Below, one piece after another: positions 1 to 6,237 of a stretch of 34,740 nt of DNA (positions are counted from its first letter, which is position 1; each line of letters begins with the position of its first letter). Source of the DNA: a virus (lineage: Duplodnaviria > Caudoviricetes); IMG/VR virus record IMGVR_UViG_3300012942_000094, positions 1 to 34,740 of that record; one strand, written 5' to 3'. Under the pieces are notes generated by a model. It did no database searches. It was given only the letters and a program-made list of their open reading frames with translations, and had not been told where the DNA came from. Made by a program: the position numbers and the translations under genes.

Positions 1-1
1 G

Positions 2-1723
2 GCCGCCCGGCCACTGCGGCAGCACGCCATCGACCGGCGCGACGCCGACACCTACCTCACCCTCGTGAAGGCCCGGCAGAAGCACGTCCGGAACCGGCTC
101 CCCGCCGCGGCCGTCGCCGTCGCCGGGGTCGCCGCCGCGGCCGTGGGGATCGCCGTCGCCCCGTGGTGGCTGTCCGCGCTCGTCATCGCCGCCGCCGTCC
201 TCGTGTGCGGCCACGCCGGCGCGCCACCGGACCGGCCCATCGTGCTCGGCGCGACCGTCAACGCCGGGCAGGCCCCGAAGCTGACGTCGGACTCGGTCAC
301 GGCCGCGCTCCGCTCCGTCGGGATCGGCGCCCTGAGCAGCAAGGACGCGGCGATCAGCTACCCGCACCCGATCCGGCAGGACGGTCCTGGGTGGCGCGCC
401 GACATCGACCTCCCCCTCGGTGTGACCGCCACCGACGTCATGGAGAAGCGGACCGCGCTCGCGTCCGGGCTGCGCCGCCCGATCGGCTGCGTGTGGCCCG
501 AACCCGACCCTGACGCCCACGCCGGCCGTCTCGTCCTGTGGGTCGGCATGCAGGACATGGCGAAGGCCCGACCTGCGGCGTACCCGCTGCGGAAGTCGGG
601 GGTCGCGGACTTCTTCGGCGCGGTGCCGTTCGGGACGGACCAGCGGGGGCGGCCGGTGCCGCTGCCGCTCGCCGAGACGAACACGCTGATCGGGTCGCTT
701 CCGGGCGGCGGGAAGACCGCCGCGGTGCGGTGCATCCTCGCCGGCTGCGCCCTGGATCCGACCGTTGAGCTGCAGGTGTGGGAACTGAAGGGGTCAGGGG
801 ACTTGGAGAGCTTCGAGCGGGTCGCGCACCAGTACGGCTCCGGTGTTGACGACGACACGATCGCGGGAGCCGCGGCAGGGCTGGAGTGGCTCCTCCTCGA
901 GGTGGGGCGCCGCGCGGAACGGATCAAGGACCTCCGCCGCCGTTCTCGCGACCTCGTCCCGGACAGCAAGGTGACCCGGGACCTCGCGAACAAGCGCAGC
1001 CTCGGGCTGCACCCCATCGTGTTCGTCGTCGACGAGGCCCAGGAGCTGTTCACCCACCCCGACTTCGGGAAGAAGGCTGGGGAGACCGCGACCGCTGTGA
1101 TCAAGCGCGGTCGGGCGTTCGGTGTGCATCTGATCCTCGCGACGCAGCGCCCGGACAAGGACAGCCTCCCGACGGGGGTGTCCGCGAACGTGGGCACCCG
1201 GTTCTGTCTGCGGGTGATGGGGCAGGTCGAGAACGACATGATCCTCGGCACCTCGAGCTACAAGCAGGGGATCCGCGCGACGACGCTGCGCCCCTCGGAC
1301 AAGGGCATCGGCTACCTCGTCGGCGCTTCGGACCATCCGACGGTGACCCGCACCTACTACCTGGACGCGGCCGCGACGGACGCGATCGTGGCCCGCGCGC
1401 GGCGGCTGCGGGAGGCCGCGGGTCTGCTCACGGGGCAGGCGGCGGGGGAGCCGGTGGACAACGGGCAGGCGGTCGACTTCCTCGGCGATGTGCGGACGGT
1501 GTTCGCGACGGCCGAGGTGCTGCACACGGAGACGCTGCTGGATCGGCTCGGGGAGCTGCGGCCACAGCTGTACGGCGGCTGGACCCCGGAGCAGCTCGCG
1601 CAGGCGTTCAAGCCGCACCAGATCGGGCCGCGGCAGCTGTCGATCGCGGGTCGGAACCGCAACGGGTACCGGCTCGACTGGGTCGCTGAGGCGATGGCCA
1701 GGCGGGAGCTGCAGGGGGCGTGA
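2..1723 (+). CDS. FtsK/SpoIIIE-family DNA translocase (TraB-like), probably 5' partial
   Basis: Frame is open from nt 2, before the GTG at 65. N-terminal TM pair, Walker A GSLPGGGKT, Walker B IVFVVDEAQELF, KRGRAFGVHLILATQRP motif, and a C-terminal winged-helix-like segment (LHTETLLDRL...YGGWTPEQLAQAF...NRNGY). Confidence 0.92.
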   Translation, partial: AARPLRQHAIDRRDADTYLTLVKARQKHVRNRLPAAAVAVAGVAAAAVGIAVAPWWLSALVIAAAVLVCGHAGAPPDRPIVLGATVNAGQAPKLTSDSVTAALRSVGIGALSSKDAAISYPHPIRQDGPGWRADIDLPLGVTATDVMEKRTALASGLRRPIGCVWPEPDPDAHAGRLVLWVGMQDMAKARPAAYPLRKSGVADFFGAVPFGTDQRGRPVPLPLAETNTLIGSLPGGGKTAAVRCILAGCALDPTVELQVWELKGSGDLESFERVAHQYGSGVDDDTIAGAAAGLEWLLLEVGRRAERIKDLRRRSRDLVPDSKVTRDLANKRSLGLHPIVFVVDEAQELFTHPDFGKKAGETATAVIKRGRAFGVHLILATQRPDKDSLPTGVSANVGTRFCLRVMGQVENDMILGTSSYKQGIRATTLRPSDKGIGYLVGASDHPTVTRTYYLDAAATDAIVARARRLREAAGLLTGQAAGEPVDNGQAVDFLGDVRTVFATAEVLHTETLLDRLGELRPQLYGGWTPEQLAQAFKPHQIGPRQLSIAGRNRNGYRLDWVAEAMARRELQGA

Positions 1724-1974
1724 TCTGGGTCCTGGTCGGGGCCGGGTGGCTCGCGTGGCGGGTCAACCCGGCCCTCGGCGTGCTCGCGGTCGTGGCCGCG
1801 TACGGGGTGGCGTGCTGGTGGTTCCCGTTCGTGAACTGCTGGTGTTGCCGGGGCGGCGGGAAGCACCGGTCGAAGTCGGGGAAGACGTTCCGCCGGTGTC
1901 GTGTGTGCGGCGGTAGGGGCTCGTGGTTCCGGGCTGGGCGGCGGGTGTGGACGTGGTTCCGGGGCTCGGGCTGA
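1720..1974 (+). CDS. Small membrane protein with DnaJ-type Zn-finger motifs
   Basis: GTGA overlap with the FtsK stop. Two hydrophobic segments followed by CWCCRGGG and CRVCGGRG (CxxCxGxG twice). Confidence 0.8.
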   Translation: MIWVLVGAGWLAWRVNPALGVLAVVAAYGVACWWFPFVNCWCCRGGGKHRSKSGKTFRRCRVCGGRGSWFRAGRRVWTWFRGSG

Positions 1975-2057
1975 GCCTCTGGGTCTAGCCTCTACGCCGC
2001 TGGTCAGCGGGCTGTGGCGGGTCTAGGGGTGGGTCTAGTCGCAGCTAGGGGCTCTAG
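1975..2057. repeat. Array of 8-bp direct repeats (GGGTCTAG-like), candidate clt/translocase recognition locus
   Basis: GGGTCTAG at 1981, 2019, 2031; variants GCAGCTAG 2041, GGCTCTAG 2050, GCCTCTAC 1988, GCCTCTGG 1975; palindrome CCGCTG-GT-CAGCGG at 1997-2010. The repeats are directly visible; the function is inferred. Confidence 0.65.
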
Positions 2058-2233
2058 TCGTCGGCGGTGGGCCAGACGACGATCCTCGACCCCGGCTCGG
2101 TCACCATGTCCAGGTCGGTCGCCTTCACGTCGTCGACGCGGATGCGGCCCTGCTCGAGGTGCTCGGCGATGCGTTCAGGGGAGAGGCCGGCGGTTGTGAG
2201 GCGGTCGCGGACGGTGGCGTGCTGGTCGGTCAC
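2054..2233 (-). CDS. Small stand-alone S4-like domain protein (59 aa)
   Basis: GTG at 2233 with GGAG RBS 5 nt upstream. TVRDRLTTAGLSPERIAEHLEQGRIRVDD...EPGSRIVV follows the S4 pattern by eye. Confidence 0.65.
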   Translation of the reverse strand: MTDQHATVRDRLTTAGLSPERIAEHLEQGRIRVDDVKATDLDMVTEPGSRIVVWPTADD

Positions 2234-2270
2234 GGTGTCTCCAACGGCGTCCGGCAGTGTGACGGTTAGG

Positions 2271-2286
2271 TCGAACACTTGTTCTA
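2271..2286. promoter_or_regulatory. Actinobacterial LexA (SOS) box
   Basis: TCGAAC-ACTT-GTTCTA, one mismatch from the consensus TCGAAC-N4-GTTCGA, in an intergenic gap between divergent genes. Confidence 0.75.
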
Positions 2287-2313
2287 GCACGGTGGGGCGC
2301 CGACCATCGCCCG

Positions 2314-2586
2314 ATGACCCCGTACCGCCGCACCACGCTCACCCCCGACGAGCTCGCCGCCATCGCCGCGGAGGTCGAGGCCGATGCGGCCTGGCGGCGG
2401 GAGCCCTGCCCCTGCGGCGCCCGCGACACCACACACGGATGGCACCCGTGCCGCTGCGGCGGGCACCGCACGAAGCACTGCTGGGGCTGCGGGCGTGAGG
2501 TGTTCCGGCCCGAGCTCAGCGAGCGGTGCGCCGACCCGAGCTTCGGCCCGCCCCCGCCGGGGTTCCCGACCGGCGACGGCGCGTAA
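2314..2586 (+). CDS. Small Cys/His-rich putative Zn-binding protein
   Basis: CPCG...HGWHPCRCGGHRTKHCWGC; high GC3; divergent from the S4-like gene. Confidence 0.7.
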   Translation: MTPYRRTTLTPDELAAIAAEVEADAAWRREPCPCGARDTTHGWHPCRCGGHRTKHCWGCGREVFRPELSERCADPSFGPPPPGFPTGDGA

Positions 2587-2610
2587 CGGAAGGCTCGCCC
2601 CGAGCGACTG

Positions 2611-2970
2611 ATGATCGTGCGCCGTGTCGTGGTCCTCGCCTTGCTCGCCGCGAGCCTGGCGGCCTGCTCCTCCGCTCCGCCCGCCGCGCCGGCGACGAAG
2701 GCCCAGCAGCTCCGGCAGCATCTCACCGCCGGGCATCCCTGGGCGGCGCTGTCCGATGCCGACCTGGACCAGCGTGGCCCGGTCGTATGCGCTGGCGCAG
2801 ATTCCCGCGCCGACGCGGAGGTCCTACGGGCGTCGGCGGACTACGCGGAGACCCACAGCCCGGAGCCGTCCGAGGGGATCCCCGATCTGGACCGGGCGCA
2901 GACGCTCGACGCGATCAAGGCGGTGGTTGAGGTGTACTGCCCCGACCGCTCCGGAAACCTGTCCTGGTAG
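2611..2970 (+). CDS. Lipoprotein, DUF732-like
   Basis: Signal peptide with lipobox LAAC; G-x-x-V-C ... AVVEVYCP Cys pair resembles DUF732. Confidence 0.75.
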   Translation: MIVRRVVVLALLAASLAACSSAPPAAPATKAQQLRQHLTAGHPWAALSDADLDQRGPVVCAGADSRADAEVLRASADYAETHSPEPSEGIPDLDRAQTLDAIKAVVEVYCPDRSGNLSW

Positions 2971-2981
2971 TCCCCACGCGC

Positions 2982-3026
2982 GACGAAATCGCCCCCACCC
3001 GGGGTCACCGGGTGGGGGCCTTCGTC
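2982..3026. terminator. Bidirectional intrinsic terminator between convergent genes
   Basis: Perfect 12-bp stem GCCCCCACCCGG/CCGGGTGGGGGC with a 5-nt loop, flanked by GACGAA/TTCGTC. Confidence 0.85.
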
Positions 3027-3043
3027 TTCCGGGGGAGCGGACG

Positions 3044-3274
3044 TTACTGGGCGCCCGGCAGGAGGCTCGTCGATCCCTTGTCGCCGGCGGGCGCGGACAC
3101 GATAGACGTGAGCACCGACAGGACCGCGGCACCGGCGGCGACCCCGAGTGCAGCGGGCACGTCGACGGACAGGACGTCGAACCCGGCGTCGGCGCCCCAC
3201 AGCAGCAGCAGGGCCTGGGCGAAACTCTTCACGGCCCGATCAGCGGCACCGGTCCAGAACGCGGCAGTCAACAT
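3044..3274 (-). CDS. Holin (r1t-like family)
   Basis: FWTGAADRAVKSFAQALL...AAVLSVLTSIVS signature, two TM helices, directly after the endolysin. Confidence 0.9.
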   Translation of the reverse strand: MLTAAFWTGAADRAVKSFAQALLLLWGADAGFDVLSVDVPAALGVAAGAAVLSVLTSIVSAPAGDKGSTSLLPGAQ

Positions 3275-3287
3275 GGCGGGTTCCCTT

Positions 3288-3989
3288 TCAGACGAGACGG
3301 AGGACAGCGAGGGTCTTCGGGCCTGCGATGCCGTCGACGACGAGACCGGCGTTGGACTGCAGGAAACGGACCATCGCCTCGGTCGCCGGGCCGTAGATGC
3401 CGTCGACGACGAGCTGGGGCTGGTCGGGGTACCAGTCGTTGAGGACCCGCTGCAGGCGGGCGACGGCGTCGCCGGTGGAGCCCTTCTGCAGCGTCGACGA
3501 CGGAGGCGGCGGCACCGACGGCCGGGCGCGGATCGCGTCGAGCGCCTGCTGGCAGTCGGCCAGGGTGGCGCCGTCGGTGATCTCGAAGTGCATCGGGTCC
3601 TTGCGGCCCGTGTAGGAGCCGCCCCAGCGGACGACTCCGCCGGCGTCGGCGAGGATGCGGTGGATCGCGTCGATCTGCGCGCCGGAGTATGTGGCGGTTG
3701 GCTCGGTGCCGAGCGGGTGCTTCGGGGCGTTGCAGTCGATGGCCGTCCCGCTGGCGTGGTTGCTGACGTCGCTCGCGCCCCGGATCTGCCGGTAGGCGTA
3801 GCCCCAGCACTGGCCGTCGATCAGCGGCTCCACCTCACGGTGGAAGCGTCCGGCGACGACCATGAGCAGCTGGCCGGGCGCGTCGGAGCGGACTCCGCCC
3901 GGGAAGCGGACGAGGGTGCCCTCGGCGGTGGCGGCGGTGTTGATGCGGTCTGGGGCGCCGGCGATCCAGCCGTTCTGCGATGCGACCAC
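3288..3989 (-). CDS. Endolysin: M15 Zn-peptidase plus C-terminal PG_binding_1 domain
   Basis: SQNGW N-terminus, SNHASGTAID and KDPMHFE motifs, LQKGSTGDAVARLQ...VDGIYGPAT...VDGIAGPKT. Start set at GTG 3989 behind GGAG. Confidence 0.92.
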   Translation of the reverse strand: MVASQNGWIAGAPDRINTAATAEGTLVRFPGGVRSDAPGQLLMVVAGRFHREVEPLIDGQCWGYAYRQIRGASDVSNHASGTAIDCNAPKHPLGTEPTATYSGAQIDAIHRILADAGGVVRWGGSYTGRKDPMHFEITDGATLADCQQALDAIRARPSVPPPPSSTLQKGSTGDAVARLQRVLNDWYPDQPQLVVDGIYGPATEAMVRFLQSNAGLVVDGIAGPKTLAVLRLV

Positions 3990-4059
3990 GCGGGTCTCCG
4001 ATCCTGGGGTGCGGGCTGCTGGGTGCGCAGCCACTCGGTGTAGGTCTGGGTGGGTTCGA

Positions 4060-4251
4060 TCACCGGTGGTCCTGTGGTGGGCGCGGTCGGGGGAGCAGCA
4101 CGCGGTGCCGCGGTGTGGAGCGGGCATAGGGGGCCAGCGCCCACAGGTTCCGCAGGAAGTGGACTTCCTCGGCGAGGACGTCGACGTCGCGGCGGAGCTC
4201 CTCGAGCGCGTCGTCGACGCGCTCCCCGGGGCTGGGGCGTCGTCGCTTCAC
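4060..4251 (-). CDS. Hypothetical short coiled-coil protein (63 aa)
   Basis: GTGA overlap with the upstream stop; VDDALEELRRDVDVLAEEVHFLRN. Confidence 0.55.
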   Translation of the reverse strand: MKRRRPSPGERVDDALEELRRDVDVLAEEVHFLRNLWALAPYARSTPRHRVLLPRPRPPQDHR

Positions 4252-4436
4252 CGGGGCGGGACCCAGCGGGCGCGCAGCACCGTGTCGGTCTTGCGCCGGG
4301 TGGCCTCGATGAACACCTCGTCGAGCGGAACTCCGAGCGCCCGGACGACGTCCATGCGGGCTGCGAGCTCGCGGTCGGCGAGGAGCGCTGGCGGTTCGAG
4401 GTCGCCGAGGGTGCGGACGCCGCAGTCCACGGACAT
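4248..4436 (-). CDS. Hypothetical protein
   Basis: Coupled to both neighbours (TGATG, GTGA); high GC3. Confidence 0.65.
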   Translation of the reverse strand: MSVDCGVRTLGDLEPPALLADRELAARMDVVRALGVPLDEVFIEATRRKTDTVLRARWVPPR

Positions 4437-4801
4437 CAGCGGTCCCGCTTCTTCCGCTTCTTCGGTGCCGGCTGAGGCTGATCCGGTACCACGAGCCGCT
4501 CGACTGCCACGAGCCGCTGCTCGAGCTGCTCACTTCGGCGGTCCATCCGGGTCACCTGGTCCTTGATCGACCCGCCGCCGTTCGGCTTCAGCTCCGCGGT
4601 GCGTTCCTCCAGCGTCTTCACCCGATCCATCAGCCCCGGCCGGGCCACATGCCCCGGCCGGGCCGGCTCCCCGAGGAGGTCGTCCGCGAGGTGGCCGATC
4701 TTGCGGAGCTGCACGACGATCCAGCGGATAGCGGCTCCGATCCCGCCGAGTGCTACGAGCACCCCAGCGACGGCGACGATTGCGGCCCATGGCTGGGGCA
4801 T
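4436..4801 (-). CDS. Membrane-anchored coiled-coil protein of the lysis region
   Basis: N-terminal TM, then DDLLGEPARPG...PGLMDRV...LKPNGGGSIKD, a pattern seen in actinophage lysis-region membrane proteins; GGAGG RBS. Confidence 0.8.
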   Translation of the reverse strand: MPQPWAAIVAVAGVLVALGGIGAAIRWIVVQLRKIGHLADDLLGEPARPGHVARPGLMDRVKTLEERTAELKPNGGGSIKDQVTRMDRRSEQLEQRLVAVERLVVPDQPQPAPKKRKKRDR

Positions 4802-4920
4802 GAATGAACCTCCGGGGGAGTGATGACTGGCGGGAACGTCAGCGTCGCCAGCGCGGCGATGACGATCCCCAGGGCGGCGAGCAGCGCGCCGAGGAGCACG
4901 GCACGGGCAGGGGTCAGCAT
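4753..4920 (-). CDS. Small single-TM protein
   Basis: ATGCTGA overlap with the GH43-like stop; MLTPARAVLLGALLAALGIVIAALATLTFPP. Confidence 0.55.
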   Translation of the reverse strand: MLTPARAVLLGALLAALGIVIAALATLTFPPVITPPEVHSCPSHGPQSSPSLGCS

Positions 4921-6017
4921 CCGAGGCCCGTGAAGGGCCGCCACACCTGCCCGAGCGCGCCGGACGGGTTGGCGTAGGTCAGCGGCGCGATGTGCACGCC
5001 GGCGTTCGTCTCGTTGCGGGTGCCGACCCACAGGTCGATGACCTGGAAGGCCTGCCCGTCGATGACGCTGACGGTGCGGGGCTGCCCGCCGCAGGACGTC
5101 GCGGAGATCATGCGGCGCCCCCACGCGGGCTGTCCGCCCTGCCCGACCGGTGCGGGTGCGGTGTACGGGCCCTCAGGGTTGGCCGCGGTGGCGTAGCTGA
5201 GGCCGCTGCCGTTGCAGTAGCCGCAGTTGGGCTCGTTGAACGTCATCACCCACCGGCCAGTGCCCGGGTCGCGGTACCCGCCGGGCGCCTCAGCGCGGGT
5301 GAACCCCCCGAGGAACGACGTGCCGCTGCCCTGCACACCACTGGTGCCCCACACCGTCAACCGCTCCGACGCGAGGGTCTGGTCGGGCATCGTGCACAGC
5401 ATCACCGGCGGACGGGGGTTGTCGTAGACGAGCGAGAAGTCGCCGTTACCCCAGCAGCTCCACATGCTCGGCTTCGTCGTCGTCCCGTACTGGCCACCAG
5501 CGGACTGCCCGCACGGCCCGGTGAGGCTGTTACAGCCCATCGAGTAGTAGGCGTTGGCGCCGCGGCCGGAGAAGTCGCGGGGCGCGTTGAACCACAGGAT
5601 CGGGACGCCGTCGTCGGGCCCCCACCCGGACCGGATGATCATGCGGGGGTTGAAACAGCCCTCACCGGTGCCGCCGCACAGCTCCTGCCACGTCATCCCG
5701 GCGAACGGGCTGCGGTCCTGCGGGGAGAACAGGGTGGTGATCGCCGACCACGGCCCGGTCATCGACGAGGCTGTCGCGACACCGAACCCGCACCACGGGG
5801 TGCGCGCGATGCCCCACTGGAACCCGCACCCGTACTGGGTGCCGTACAGGTAGAAGGTGGCCCCGGACTTGATGATGGTGCCGTCGTGGAGGTCGACACC
5901 GGTGATGGTCGCGCTGGCCGCCGCGGGGGATCCGTCGGCGGGTGGGGCGCTCACCACGGCGGCGGTGACCACGGCGGCGGCGATGACGGCGGCGAGGGCC
6001 GCGGCGAGCCGCCTCAC
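4914..6017 (-). CDS. Secreted GH43-like five-bladed beta-propeller glycoside hydrolase
   Basis: Signal peptide VRRLAAALAAVIAAAVVTAAVVSAPPA; motifs DLHDGTII...FYLYGT, NPRMI, GDFSLVYD, AEAPG, SYATAANPEGPYT, GGQPRTV; paired Cys residues. Confidence 0.7.
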   Translation of the reverse strand: MRRLAAALAAVIAAAVVTAAVVSAPPADGSPAAASATITGVDLHDGTIIKSGATFYLYGTQYGCGFQWGIARTPWCGFGVATASSMTGPWSAITTLFSPQDRSPFAGMTWQELCGGTGEGCFNPRMIIRSGWGPDDGVPILWFNAPRDFSGRGANAYYSMGCNSLTGPCGQSAGGQYGTTTKPSMWSCWGNGDFSLVYDNPRPPVMLCTMPDQTLASERLTVWGTSGVQGSGTSFLGGFTRAEAPGGYRDPGTGRWVMTFNEPNCGYCNGSGLSYATAANPEGPYTAPAPVGQGGQPAWGRRMISATSCGGQPRTVSVIDGQAFQVIDLWVGTRNETNAGVHIAPLTYANPSGALGQVWRPFTGLGC

Positions 6018-6193
6018 TGCTCGCCCCCGGGCTGGGCGGCTTCGAGCTCGGCGAGGCGGCGCTGCAGCATGTTCGCCGCGACTCGCCACTGCGCCCGTTC
6101 CCACAGCGCGCGGCCGAGCGGGTCGGTGACCAGCTCGACGATGACGTCGTCCGGTGGGATGACCAGCGGGGCGGGGTCGGGGACAGCGGGCAT
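6014..6193 (-). CDS. Hypothetical protein (59 aa, not in the ORF track)
   Basis: GGAGG RBS then ATG; MPAVPDPAPLVIPPDDVIVELVTDPLGRALWERAQWRVAANMLQRRLAELEAAQPGGEQ; stop overlaps the next GTG. Confidence 0.75.
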   Translation of the reverse strand: MPAVPDPAPLVIPPDDVIVELVTDPLGRALWERAQWRVAANMLQRRLAELEAAQPGGEQ

Positions 6194-6237
6194 GGCGAAG
6201 ACACCTCCGAGGGCGGTGGACGAGCGGAAACGGCCGG

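Noticed and set aside
2-1723. Chromosomal cell-division FtsK or type VII secretion EccC
   Set aside because: Single ATPase domain, a non-gamma-type C-terminus, and a mobile-element context without housekeeping or ESX neighbours.
1975-2057. CTAG and GATC repeat arrays as CRISPR or mini-CRISPR
   Set aside because: Units are only 8-11 bp, there are no spacer-sized unique intervals, and no cas genes are present.
3821-4063. Possible ORF starting VIEPTQTYTEWLR at a GTGA overlap
   Set aside because: It runs about 170 nt into the endolysin in another frame and becomes low-complexity; cannot be supported.
3990-4127. Longer N-termini given by the ORF track for the endolysin (also for 6104, 17066, 18623, 27853, 30453, 33925)
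   Set aside because: Downstream starts with an RBS or stop-start overlap fit better; the extensions overlap neighbouring genes.
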